Shown here piece by piece: positions 36,902-45,799 of a stretch of DNA of 54,818 nucleotides. Every line of letters begins with the position of its first letter. Positions within the stretch are counted from its first letter, which is position 1. The notes under the pieces were generated by a model. That model did no database searches and was not told the origin of the DNA. It worked only from the letters and a program-made list of their open reading frames with translations. The translations under genes and the position numbers were made by a program. The stretch comes from a virus (Duplodnaviria; Caudoviricetes): positions 1 to 54,818 of the IMG/VR virus record IMGVR_UViG_3300046495_000001; one strand, given 5' to 3'.

Positions 36902-37588
36902 TTAGAGTCTCCCGATACGCGGGACAAACCGCACCGATGCCTTCTCACGATCCTCATCGGATGCGCGCTGGAAGTCTTCGTCGTAAACGGCCTTGAGTGC
37001 TTGGGAGCGATCCATGGCACCGGGAATCTTGAATGACAGGTAGTAGGCCAGCCCAGACACGAATGCCGGGAGCAGACGAAACGGTATGTCGTTGGTATCA
37101 GCCCCGCCCGTCACATCCTGAATGCGGCGCAAGCGCCATACGATCAGCTTGGCCGTACTGTCATTGGGCACCGGGTACAGCGTGATTGTAGGGGCCGCGA
37201 CCAAGCGGTTGATGACCATCTGGTTGGGCTTGCCGGGGGTCAGCTTGTTGGGGATCGTGGAGTACACCGACTGACTCACGCGCGCCAGCGGCAGATCACT
37301 CTGAGTCTGTACCACACCGTCGTTCATGCGGATCGTGCAGTCCAGCACATCAATGGTGTCGGCTGGTAGCAAGTACGTCGGCACACCTGCGGTTAGGTTC
37401 ACACTGCCCGCGTCCATCGTCCACATGTTCATGCCGCGATTGGCCCAGTCAGCAAATAGCAGATTGATAGACCGGCGCGCGGTGCGCAAGTCATACCCAG
37501 AGCGCGGCTCGGCACCGCAGCGCTCAAACGCTTCCTCGACAACTTCCAGAAGGTCAAGGGTGAAGGCTGTGGTTCCTGATGTGGTCAT
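36902..37588 (-). CDS. Head-tail connector/adaptor protein
   Basis: MTTSGTTAF.LD...EEAFERCG...TARRS.NL...WANRG, PNK...G.P, LAYYL. Confidence 0.75.
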   Translation of the reverse strand: MTTSGTTAFTLDLLEVVEEAFERCGAEPRSGYDLRTARRSINLLFADWANRGMNMWTMDAGSVNLTAGVPTYLLPADTIDVLDCTIRMNDGVVQTQSDLPLARVSQSVYSTIPNKLTPGKPNQMVINRLVAAPTITLYPVPNDSTAKLIVWRLRRIQDVTGGADTNDIPFRLLPAFVSGLAYYLSFKIPGAMDRSQALKAVYDEDFQRASDEDREKASVRFVPRIGRL

Positions 37589-37591
37589 GGG

Positions 37592-37792
37592 CTATTCCAG
37601 TTTTTGCCAAGGTGTGCGTTGCGTTTTTGGCTGGTTGATGGCCGTCACTGCGTCGTGGTGCGTCTTGGGCTTGTTAATAGCTTGGCGTGTAAATTCAGGC
37701 TTGGGGTTGATTTCCTTCGCCTTGGTAGCTGCCGGATCAATAAACCCGCCTGCGGCCTTCTTGCGCGCCTTGCCCCAGCCCCGCGTAGCCAT
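37592..37792 (-). CDS. Small basic protein with RGWGxAR and AAGG motifs
   Basis: MATRGWGKARKKAAGGFI. Start overlaps the upstream stop. Confidence 0.6.
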   Translation of the reverse strand: MATRGWGKARKKAAGGFIDPAATKAKEINPKPEFTRQAINKPKTHHDAVTAINQPKTQRTPWQKLE

Positions 37793-37965
37793 TACGCGCC
37801 CCGTGCTTGGCCGTAGCCTCGACGCACCATACCACCCGCTTTATAGCCGCCAGTGGAAGGCACGGTATCGCCTACCTTGGGGAACTTGGCTGGCGGGACT
37901 TTCTGACCTTTACCAAGATCAGTCATGGGCTTGTCGCCCTTGGGGGTTTTGTTGGACTTGTCCAT
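37792..37965 (-). CDS. Small basic protein (57 aa, below ORF-track cutoff)
   Basis: Hand-translated MDKSNKTPKG...YKAGGMVRRGYGQARGA*. GAGG SD, TAATG coupling to the next gene. Confidence 0.7.
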   Translation of the reverse strand: MDKSNKTPKGDKPMTDLGKGQKVPPAKFPKVGDTVPSTGGYKAGGMVRRGYGQARGA

Positions 37966-38003
37966 AGTACGCCTCGTGAAAATGTGATAGTAGTTTACCG
38001 CAG

Positions 38004-39092
38004 CTATAGCAGCAGCGCCAGCTTTGATCCGATGGGCTTGACCAGTCGGCCTGTCTCCAACTCAAGGCGTATCGGGTCTTTGTACGTACCGGTGTACTCT
38101 GTCCCGGTCGGGCCGTAGGCTACACCCGCAAGCACCTGCGCGGGGAGCGGCCACACAATTCCCCCGGCACCAGAGCCCGAAGCTGTGATCGTTCCCGCGC
38201 TCGATGTGCGCCCGATGCCTATGAGCGTTGTGTTCCCGTCACCCGTGCCGATCAGGACACCTGCGGCTGAAGTCGCTGCGGCCCCCACCAGTGTGAACGT
38301 GGCCGTTCCGGTGCTGGTGATGATGCCAATCGATGCAGTTGTGGCTGCCCCGGTAAGCGTTGCGATAGCATTGCCGAGGGCATTGATCGCGGCGGCCGTA
38401 GCAGTTGTGGCCGCGCCCGTGAGGGCTATCGAGGCATCCGGCGTACTCGCGACAATGGTTCCAGCCGATGCAGTTGAGGCCGCGCCCGTGAGGTTGACAG
38501 TTCCTGCACCGGCTGAAGATGCGGTAATCGTCCCCGCCAAGGCAGTTGTAGCCGCGCCCGTGAGGGTGACAGTGCCTGTACCGGTGGGGGTAATCGTCCC
38601 CGCCGAGGCAGTTGTAGCGGCCCCGGTGAATGTCGTAGCTCCTGTACCGGTGGGGGTAATAGCTGCGGCCGAGGCAGTTGTTGCCGCACCCGTGAGTGTC
38701 GTGGTTGACAGTCCACTTGACACTATCGTGCCTGCAGAAGCAGTTGTAGCCGCGCCGGTCAGCGTTGTGATCCCTGTACCCGTGGCGGTAATAGCTGTGG
38801 CGGCCGAGGTTGTGGCGGCACCCGTGAGTGTCGTTGTGCTTGTACCAGTAGCAGTCGGCGCGCTTGCCGCGCTTGTAGCGGCTGCGCCCGTGAGGGTTAC
38901 AGAGCCGTTGACAACAGACGACCCGCTTGCGGTGATCGTACCGGCCGATGCCGTGGTGCTGGCCCCGGTGAAGGTACGCGTGGCTGTGCCGGTGGACGTG
39001 AAGGTGCCTGCAGCGGAGGCGGCCCCCGCACCAGTTAGGTTTACGCTGGCACTACCTCCGCTACTGCCCGTGAGCGCAAGTAGCAGAGACAT
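38004..39092 (-). CDS. Second Thr/Ala/Gly-rich 22-aa repeat protein
   Basis: Same TLTGAATTASAGTI repeat as 33125-35725. Confidence 0.7.
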   Translation of the reverse strand: MSLLLALTGSSGGSASVNLTGAGAASAAGTFTSTGTATRTFTGASTTASAGTITASGSSVVNGSVTLTGAAATSAASAPTATGTSTTTLTGAATTSAATAITATGTGITTLTGAATTASAGTIVSSGLSTTTLTGAATTASAAAITPTGTGATTFTGAATTASAGTITPTGTGTVTLTGAATTALAGTITASSAGAGTVNLTGAASTASAGTIVASTPDASIALTGAATTATAAAINALGNAIATLTGAATTASIGIITSTGTATFTLVGAAATSAAGVLIGTGDGNTTLIGIGRTSSAGTITASGSGAGGIVWPLPAQVLAGVAYGPTGTEYTGTYKDPIRLELETGRLVKPIGSKLALLL

Positions 39093-39096
39093 TTAA

Positions 39097-40581
39097 TTAC
39101 TCGAAGTAAGCGTCAAACCCGACTGTGTGTACCACGGAGCCAACAGTCACGGCAGTACCGAAGTTTCGTCCGACAACTGCAACGAACTCACCGGGAGCAA
39201 CAACGATAGGGCTTACGAATTGTCGGTATACACCTGAGGGACTAAGCAGTGTTCCAGCTACCGCTGTAGCCGCAAAGCCTTCGCACCCCAGTGCAATCTG
39301 GCGCGGGGCTTTTGTCGTACCTGTGGTGAAACTACCAGACTCAGCGGTTGCCAAAGATACCGCAGTGTGTCCAAAAGCCAGTGAATACACAAAAGCCAGC
39401 GGGCCACCAGTGATGGCGGCATCGACAACCGAGTGTACCCACACGCCTTGAATAATCAGATTGCGTCCGGTTACGCCCGCAGCGGCAACGGGGTTCTGGT
39501 AACTGGTGATGATGCCCGCCGTACCCGCCGCCAATGTGCAAAGGTCGTGTGAGTAACCACCAAGGCCAGCAGGATTACCCGTACCGACCGCAGTGTTTGA
39601 CAAGATAGTAGCGGCAGCGAGTGCGGCATTAGACAGATTGGAAGTACCACCTTGCGTGCCGCCATTCTGACCTTGATAGCCCATGTGACCAAACCCCGCC
39701 TTCTGCGTAGCCCAAGGGCGCGCCAGATCAGGGCCAAGTTCTGCCACGAAACAGTCAGACACCTTCAGGATTGGCGCAAGCGCAGGTGCAGAGCCTGCGG
39801 TATACACGCGGAAAGTAACAGGCTGAGATGCACCTTGGAACGGTTGCCCTTGCGTGGGGGCGTTAGTCTGCAGCGAGAGTACTGCTTGCAGCACATCGTC
39901 GATGTAGTAGCACACAGTATCCGTCTGGCAGACAATCAACCAGTCATGGTTCACTGAGTTTGACGGCACCGTCATCGGGCCTGTTGATGTTTCTGTGCCG
40001 TTGTAGTTGATGTACCCGCGCAGTTCGCCAGAGGTATTGAACCGGAAGAACACGCCATCAGTCGGAGCGCCGGGGGCCGCACCGTTCAACGTGGCTTGGA
40101 ACAAGCCAAACTCGATAGTCTGATTTGCCTGTGCCCCGTTAGGCACTTGGGCAGAGATGTTGCAGCGAAGCTCAGCTTTGGCAAACAGCGGGAACTGCTT
40201 CCACGTCTGATAGCCACAGGAGGTAGAGAGCGTAGTTATTGAGCCTGAATTCAAAGTCAGGAAACCTGCGGCCTGTGCTGCGGTCATCGTAGTGAATGCA
40301 TACTTGTACTTCGACGTGTTCTGCGTCGTAGCATTGAATGTGTCATCCCACAGCAGGTTCTTGGAGGCGGAATATATGCCACCAGCTTCTGAAACCAAAA
40401 TCTGATTGATACGTCCACCGGGCACAACGGAGCCTAGTCCGAAGTCGTTTTGCCCCGCAAGAGTAACGAACCCTGCTTGATTGAGAACCTTTGGCGTCGT
40501 GACGTTCAAGTTGTACGTGGCGTCCACGTTTGCTTTACCGGCTGTATTTGACCCACCATTGATCGTGCTATCCATTGCCAT
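39097..40581 (-). CDS. Putative virion structural protein, beta-rich
   Basis: 494 aa, T/G/A/N-rich, possible lectin-like segment (DGVFFR...YYIDD). Confidence 0.6.
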   Translation of the reverse strand: MAMDSTINGGSNTAGKANVDATYNLNVTTPKVLNQAGFVTLAGQNDFGLGSVVPGGRINQILVSEAGGIYSASKNLLWDDTFNATTQNTSKYKYAFTTMTAAQAAGFLTLNSGSITTLSTSCGYQTWKQFPLFAKAELRCNISAQVPNGAQANQTIEFGLFQATLNGAAPGAPTDGVFFRFNTSGELRGYINYNGTETSTGPMTVPSNSVNHDWLIVCQTDTVCYYIDDVLQAVLSLQTNAPTQGQPFQGASQPVTFRVYTAGSAPALAPILKVSDCFVAELGPDLARPWATQKAGFGHMGYQGQNGGTQGGTSNLSNAALAAATILSNTAVGTGNPAGLGGYSHDLCTLAAGTAGIITSYQNPVAAAGVTGRNLIIQGVWVHSVVDAAITGGPLAFVYSLAFGHTAVSLATAESGSFTTGTTKAPRQIALGCEGFAATAVAGTLLSPSGVYRQFVSPIVVAPGEFVAVVGRNFGTAVTVGSVVHTVGFDAYFE

Positions 40582-40593
40582 GATCGGCTCCTT

Positions 40594-40887
40594 TTAATCT
40601 GCCCAAACCCAACGCAGTGCAAACGTACCTTGCATCTTTTCCGATGCGCGTCCGTAAATCGTAAATCCAGTACCCGCTGTCGGGGTTCCACAGGTAAACT
40701 CAGCGAACAAAAGTAAGTACCGATGGTCAGAGGCGGTGTGGTCTGACGTTGTATCGTCCCCCATCACATATGCCTCGACCTTGCTTGTGGCGCTTATCGT
40801 ACCTTGCCCAGTAACCGCGATGCTTGCCTCATTGCTTCCGGGGTAAGCCCCGAAATCAATAGTTGCTGTGCCTTGGCCGGTTGCCAT
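40594..40887 (-). CDS. Small putative structural protein
   Basis: AGGAG SD, beta-rich composition. Confidence 0.6.
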   Translation of the reverse strand: MATGQGTATIDFGAYPGSNEASIAVTGQGTISATSKVEAYVMGDDTTSDHTASDHRYLLLFAEFTCGTPTAGTGFTIYGRASEKMQGTFALRWVWAD

Positions 40888-40890
40888 GGT

Positions 40891-41352
40891 TTATGCAATG
40901 CGGATCAGCGAGGTCGATGCGCCCACAGTAGGCATGGTCAGTGTGAACGTGCCCGCAGTCGATGTGATCGTACCGCCAAAGTCGAACGTTGCCACAGCAC
41001 GGTTGGTAACCGACGAGTTGTAGATCATGGCACCCGTGGCGCTGATCGTAGCAGTCGTAGCCGATGCGGTCGCGAAGTCCAAGCATCCGGTAGAGGTCTG
41101 CAGGGTTGCAGAGAACGACGCAAGCGTCAGACCACCGGCCGCATAAGAACCAGAGGCTGCAACTTCGTCCGTACCGATATTAGCGGTTGACGGCGCACTC
41201 GTACCGGGTGTACCTGCATTGGTCATCGAGGCGTTGTACGTGCCAGTGGCACCCACCTTGATGAGCGAAATCTTATACGTGTTGGAGGATAGGTGCAGCC
41301 CCTGCAAAACTTCCTGCTTGTACGTGTTGCAAACTGCGGTTGTATTAGCCAT
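40891..41352 (-). CDS. Putative virion structural protein
   Basis: CNTYKQE.L.G.H...YKISL...E.....Y.AGG..L...DFGG...ST.G.FT pattern. Confidence 0.7.
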   Translation of the reverse strand: MANTTAVCNTYKQEVLQGLHLSSNTYKISLIKVGATGTYNASMTNAGTPGTSAPSTANIGTDEVAASGSYAAGGLTLASFSATLQTSTGCLDFATASATTATISATGAMIYNSSVTNRAVATFDFGGTITSTAGTFTLTMPTVGASTSLIRIA

Positions 41353-41361
41353 TTATCACTC

Positions 41362-41631
41362 CTAAATGACGCCCTGTAGCGTCTCGAAACCACCATAAAC
41401 AAGGGAGGCGCGTGCAGTCCACGCAGAGCCATACCCGACAACTCCGAGGTTATTCGACCAGTTCGCGTAGCCCAACGTCCCCGCTGCGCTGTCGTACTTC
41501 TCGATCACCCATGCGCCATCTGCGCGAACCTTGCCAACGTAGAGCGCGGAGCCGTCTTCCACGTTATTCACCGCGTACGCCTCCAGACCAGTCTGGTGGG
41601 CGTTGGTGTGCGTGATGCCCGACATACTCAT
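41362..41631 (-). CDS. Hypothetical protein
   Basis: YVGK...W.I.K...W..RASL.Y, in operon context. Confidence 0.6.
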   Translation of the reverse strand: MSMSGITHTNAHQTGLEAYAVNNVEDGSALYVGKVRADGAWVIEKYDSAAGTLGYANWSNNLGVVGYGSAWTARASLVYGGFETLQGVI

Positions 41632-41634
41632 CGC

Positions 41635-42183
41635 TTAGCCCTGCAGTGCGGCTGCGAAGCGCGCGGCGTTGACCTTCAGCGTATCCAGTTTGCGGGAGAT
41701 CGCGTCGAACTCGTCTTGCGCTGCGGCAGTCACCACAGCCATGTTCTGCATCGCCAGATCGTGCTCGGCTTGGGCCGCCACCACGTGAGCGGTGATTGAC
41801 TGCAGCCGGTCAGTAGCTTCTGCTTGCGCAGCCGCGATCTGCAAAGACAGGGAGTCGTGCAGTTGCACCAGTGTGGCTTCTGCATCCTCATGCGCCTTGG
41901 CGCACCGTGCACCGGCTTCAGCTTCCGCATCAATCGCACGCTGCATGGACAACGCGGCCATGTCATCCCAGCTTTGACGGGACGCCTTGGCTTGATCGGC
42001 CTGCTGCAACAGATCGGCAACGTCACGCTCCAACGCTGTGCGATGAATCGAGGCATTCTGGATCACGTCGAACACGGTGCTTGCTTGCTGCAACGCACCC
42101 AGAATAGGGCCAGCCACAGCCAGCGCCTGCGCCAGTGCACTCTGTGCACGGGCGAAATCAGTGGGGTCTAGTGTGTCAGCCAT
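41635..42183 (-). CDS. Coiled-coil hypothetical protein
   Basis: Start MADTLDP overlaps the previous stop. A/Q-rich heptads. Confidence 0.6.
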   Translation of the reverse strand: MADTLDPTDFARAQSALAQALAVAGPILGALQQASTVFDVIQNASIHRTALERDVADLLQQADQAKASRQSWDDMAALSMQRAIDAEAEAGARCAKAHEDAEATLVQLHDSLSLQIAAAQAEATDRLQSITAHVVAAQAEHDLAMQNMAVVTAAAQDEFDAISRKLDTLKVNAARFAAALQG

Positions 42184-42515
42184 TATTGGTTCGCCTGAAT
42201 TACGGTCATCGTCACCGAGCCGCTGGTATATGACGTTACGTTCAACCGGACAGCCATCACGGGGTACGCAATATTGCCGTCTTTGGTTGTGGTCGCAGCA
42301 GTGATAGCTGTCAGCGCTGTCCAAACCCCGGTCGCGGGGTTGTAGTTGGGAGCAAACACGTCGTCAAACGTGTACTCCACCGAGTAGATCAGCGACGCAC
42401 CCGCAGAAATGGCACAGCCAATCCCCACGTTGAACGGCGACGGGCCTGCTTGGTTGAGGATGAACGGAGACGTGGCCCCTGCCGCCGCCGCCGTGACTCG
42501 CATCGGGCGTGCCAT
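42183..42515 (-). CDS. Small putative structural protein
   Basis: PFNVGIG...YSVEYTFDD...PV.AVRL. Confidence 0.65.
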   Translation of the reverse strand: MARPMRVTAAAAGATSPFILNQAGPSPFNVGIGCAISAGASLIYSVEYTFDDVFAPNYNPATGVWTALTAITAATTTKDGNIAYPVMAVRLNVTSYTSGSVTMTVIQANQ

Positions 42516-42524
42516 GTCAGTTCC

Positions 42525-43016
42525 TTAAGCGGTAGCTGCGCCGCCGTTGGAGACGTAATACAGAATACGACCGGTCAGCGAACCGCCTGTTGGGGTGCCG
42601 GTCAGTGCACCTGTCAGCGTCTGCAGTGTGGTGGCGGACTGTTTGACGCCCAGCACTGTACCTGCAGTACCGCTATCCTGATTGACGACAGCTTTGGTTG
42701 ATACCGCAGGGGTTGCGGCCGCCAAAGCTGTAGCGACGTTGGTGCTCGTGGCAGTGTCGCGCAGACCCAGATTCAGTGTGGGGGTCGTGCCGCCCGTTAC
42801 TGCGGGGGCAATCTGGACACTGGTAACCACGATACCGGGCGGCAACACCACGGGACTCAGGTCGGTCGCGGAACGCTGCACGTTGGTATTGGCGGTCTGC
42901 TGGGTCGAGGGGATATAAAACTCAGCGGCCATGAGCATGTCACCTGCGTAGGTAACCTTGTCATTGGCACCGCCAAACGAACGCCATGCGGCTTGGGTGG
43001 TGGATGTTGCCATCAT
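42525..43016 (-). CDS. Putative capsid-associated protein
   Basis: AGGAG SD, LPPG..V jelly-roll-like pattern. Confidence 0.65.
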   Translation of the reverse strand: MMATSTTQAAWRSFGGANDKVTYAGDMLMAAEFYIPSTQQTANTNVQRSATDLSPVVLPPGIVVTSVQIAPAVTGGTTPTLNLGLRDTATSTNVATALAAATPAVSTKAVVNQDSGTAGTVLGVKQSATTLQTLTGALTGTPTGGSLTGRILYYVSNGGAATA

Positions 43017-43036
43017 TTACTCCTGTGAGAGTGTTA

Positions 43037-43079
43037 GCTGCGTAGTCTTCACAGTGTCCCCCAAGCGGGTCTGCGCAGC
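43037..43079 (-). ncRNA. Candidate structured RNA, possibly Mu-gpT-DE-like
   Basis: GCTGCGCAG...CTACGCAGC closing stem in an intergenic gap downstream of a gpT-like capsid gene. Family assignment is from context only. Confidence 0.4.
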
Positions 43080-43115
43080 AAAAATCTTGGTGTTGTGAAT
43101 GTACCACGGTATAAA

Positions 43116-43703
43116 TTAGAAGTCCATCTTGTTGGACTTCTTAAGGTTCTCTTCGCGGGTCATCACCTGCAAGTTCCACGGTACATGCATCCCGCAAACC
43201 AGCGGGTGGCGCAGCGGCACAATGTGATCGACGACATAGGGTGTACCTGTGGTCTTGGTAAGCTGCATTGCCATGCGGTACATCTCTCGCATGTTGGCCT
43301 TATCTTCTACCGTTAACCACGCGGGGGATGCGTCGCGGTGCTTGCGACGGCGGTTCTTGCGGTCGGCCGTTATATGCGCGGGGTGCGTGTCTTTCCATTG
43401 CTTCTTGTACCGATTCTTGTCTTCCTGTGGGCGCGCAACCGCGCGTGCGATGACTAACTCCTTATTGCGTTCGTAGTAGTCCTGTTTGGCTTTAAGCCCC
43501 GCAGCGGACTTGTTGTACGACTCAAAATACGCTTTGCGTTTCTCCTGCGATGCGACCCATTCCAAGTGCAGGCAATCTAGGCACGCTCCTTTTGTCTTAC
43601 GTGGAGCGATGTGCCCGTGCTTGCACGGCTGCCCAGTAAAGTAATACGGTAGCCCCAAAGCTACAGCCTCTTTCCTAGTCTCTGGTAGTCCTATGGTATC
43701 CAT
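43116..43703 (-). CDS. Free-standing HNH homing endonuclease
   Basis: YFTG.PCKHGH...CLDC N-terminus, VDHIVPL...VCGMHVPWNLQV....N..KSN. Confidence 0.9.
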   Translation of the reverse strand: MDTIGLPETRKEAVALGLPYYFTGQPCKHGHIAPRKTKGACLDCLHLEWVASQEKRKAYFESYNKSAAGLKAKQDYYERNKELVIARAVARPQEDKNRYKKQWKDTHPAHITADRKNRRRKHRDASPAWLTVEDKANMREMYRMAMQLTKTTGTPYVVDHIVPLRHPLVCGMHVPWNLQVMTREENLKKSNKMDF

Positions 43704-43709
43704 GTCTTA

Positions 43710-43739
43710 CTCCTGTGTTACGACACAGGTAATATACCA
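43710..43739 (-). promoter_or_regulatory. Extended -10 promoter and SD-sequestering hairpin of the HNH gene
   Basis: On minus strand TGGTATATT, then hairpin CCTGTGT-CGTA-ACACAGG overlapping AGGAG. Confidence 0.55.
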
Positions 43740-43744
43740 TAGAT

Positions 43745-43773
43745 AAAAAAAGGCCCACCGAAGTGGGCCTTTT
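43745..43773 (-). terminator. Rho-independent terminator after the major capsid gene
   Basis: GGCCCAC-TTCG-GTGGGCC followed by T7. Confidence 0.9.
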
Positions 43774-43792
43774 CGAGTTTTTCACTAATTTC

Positions 43793-44725
43793 TTAGGAAG
43801 AACCACTCGATCCCCAGATAGCGAGGGGGTCAGACCAGCCGAAACTATAACGTTCACGGGCTTTGTACCGAACATTCCCCGTGTCGAAGTCTCCCTCCAT
43901 GGCGGTCTTCAAACCGGCACGTTGGAACATCTTCAGTCCGTCAGGCACGTCGGTCAGCAGGAACCACGCGTTGGTGTCGGTCAGGAAGTTGTTGATGGTG
44001 TAACCGGAACCAATGGTGCCGAGCGCCTTCAGGGCGTTCAGATCATTGTCGGTCGTACCCACGCGCTGGTCGGAACCGAGCACGCGTTTCACAACGAACT
44101 GGTATGCCGGGGGCACAACCAACTTGCGGGGCTTGGCAGCCACCAACAGGCCGCGTTCATCCGTCCAAGCCTGAATCTGGATCACGGCCGCTTCAATGGC
44201 AGTCTCGTTCAAGTCCACGCCAACGGCGGGGCTGTTGAAGTTGAATGCGCCATTGGACAGCGGGTGGCCGGTACGGGTACCGCCAGAGTTCACACCGAAC
44301 AGAGAAGTGGTGTCGCCGCCCAAGAAACTCTGGCTGAAGCCGTTGTTCAGGATGGCGGCAGCTTTCACCTGCTTGGTGTAAGCCATACCACGGGCCAGCG
44401 CCTTGGTGTAACGAGCCGACAGCGAATCGTAGAGGTTGTCTTCGATTGCTTCTTCGGTGATCGAAAAGCCCATGGCGATGGTTTCGTGGGTGTAGCGAGC
44501 AGTGAACGCTTCCTGTGCGGAGTCGTAATTGATCGCGGAGCCTTCAGACTTGACCGGCGCGGCACCGAAGCCAGACAGCTTGGTTTCTTCTTCAAAGGAA
44601 CGATCCGAAGATTCGACCGAGAAGATTTCCGTGTGCTGGTTTTCGTACTGTTTGTACGACAAGCCGAACAGACCGTTCAGTCCGGGGAGCAACTCTTTGA
44701 GTAGCTGTGAGCGTGAAATAGCCAT
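43793..44725 (-). CDS. Major capsid protein (Mu gpT-like)
   Basis: MAISRSQLLKELLPGLN.LFG, S.RSFEEE, K.EG..I.YD, ITEEAIEDNLY, GDFDTGNVRYKARERYSFG. AAGGAG SD, followed by a terminator. Confidence 0.9.
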   Translation of the reverse strand: MAISRSQLLKELLPGLNGLFGLSYKQYENQHTEIFSVESSDRSFEEETKLSGFGAAPVKSEGSAINYDSAQEAFTARYTHETIAMGFSITEEAIEDNLYDSLSARYTKALARGMAYTKQVKAAAILNNGFSQSFLGGDTTSLFGVNSGGTRTGHPLSNGAFNFNSPAVGVDLNETAIEAAVIQIQAWTDERGLLVAAKPRKLVVPPAYQFVVKRVLGSDQRVGTTDNDLNALKALGTIGSGYTINNFLTDTNAWFLLTDVPDGLKMFQRAGLKTAMEGDFDTGNVRYKARERYSFGWSDPLAIWGSSGSS

Positions 44726-44738
44726 TTTGAGTTACTCC

Positions 44739-45329
44739 TTAGTTAGCCAGAACGGTGGCGTTGTAGTACATATGCACGCCGTGATTGAACTTCACGATCA
44801 GGTCGCGGTTGGAATCCGCAGCCGGGGACGCAAAGCCAACGATACGCAACGCCAGTGTGGTGGTATTTGCCGGGGTGGAACCACGCACGGTAGAGTTACC
44901 GTACGGGCCAACACCGAAGTTTTCCACCGCACAGAACTTGCCAACAATGATATCGGCCACAGCGCCTACGCTCTGCAGTTGATACAGTTGATCCGGGTCG
45001 TCGTTGACGCGAACCATGATGTTCGTGTAGCCGTTGGTCACCGCATTGGCCGGGAGGCTGTTTGCGAATTGTTGCTGTTTCAGCACGGGGTCAATGAACG
45101 ACACGCCGACGCAAACACCGATCACGCCAGCCGAAGCGGTCGTGGGGGTTGCTGCCATAGCAGTGGGTTGACCAGCCGAAGCTGCGCCGATTTGCACGAT
45201 GTCACCTGCACCAATCGCCGTGGCCGAGTTAACGGTCATGGCGATTTCGCGGATGGTACCGCCATTGAAAGACTGACCACCGATCAAGCTGACCGGCTTT
45301 AGTCCGTAGGGAGAAGCAGTATTTGCCAT
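44739..45329 (-). CDS. Putative capsid decoration/cement protein
   Basis: MAN...PYGLKPV...GD.V...GV..G...DDP, directly before the capsid gene. Confidence 0.65.
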   Translation of the reverse strand: MANTASPYGLKPVSLIGGQSFNGGTIREIAMTVNSATAIGAGDIVQIGAASAGQPTAMAATPTTASAGVIGVCVGVSFIDPVLKQQQFANSLPANAVTNGYTNIMVRVNDDPDQLYQLQSVGAVADIIVGKFCAVENFGVGPYGNSTVRGSTPANTTTLALRIVGFASPAADSNRDLIVKFNHGVHMYYNATVLAN

Positions 45330-45342
45330 TTCCTATTCCTTG

Positions 45343-45798
45343 TTAACGAGATGAACCTTTACCGAATCCCGCACCCCGCGTCACTTCGGAGGCTTTCTCC
45401 GAGAAGAGCGGCATACGGGCGTCACTGTTGCGCATGTAGCTTTGATCCACCGAGTTCATCTGTGCTTCGTTCTGCTGATCGAAGTAACGCTGGCGGGCCA
45501 ACGAACGTTCTTTCGGCATGCGGCACAGCATCAGACCACCAATCTCAACGTTCCCCTCGGCATTACCCGGCAGGAACAGTTCAGGGTGATCAACCGCCTT
45601 AACCGGCTCCCAACCATCACGGAAACGCTTGGAGGCGTTGACCGGATCGAGTGTGCCCATCACGTGGGTCGCAACCCAGCGGTAAGCAAACATAGGGTCA
45701 GGCTTCGGTTCAGGCAGCGAACTCGCTGGTGTGTACTCGTAGCGCTTTTCATTTTCGCGTGCAGTTAAGTCACGTTGGGTACGATCAGATGTTGCCAT
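45343..45798 (-). CDS. Conserved head-module protein
   Basis: LP.P....YRWV...GWEPV...IGGLMLC. Confidence 0.7.
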   Translation of the reverse strand: MATSDRTQRDLTARENEKRYEYTPASSLPEPKPDPMFAYRWVATHVMGTLDPVNASKRFRDGWEPVKAVDHPELFLPGNAEGNVEIGGLMLCRMPKERSLARQRYFDQQNEAQMNSVDQSYMRNSDARMPLFSEKASEVTRGAGFGKGSSR

Positions 45799-45799
45799 G

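Noticed and set aside
43116-43703. Group I intron around the HNH or GIY-YIG genes
   Set aside because: Flanking genes are intact and there is no room for a ribozyme core, so both appear free-standing.
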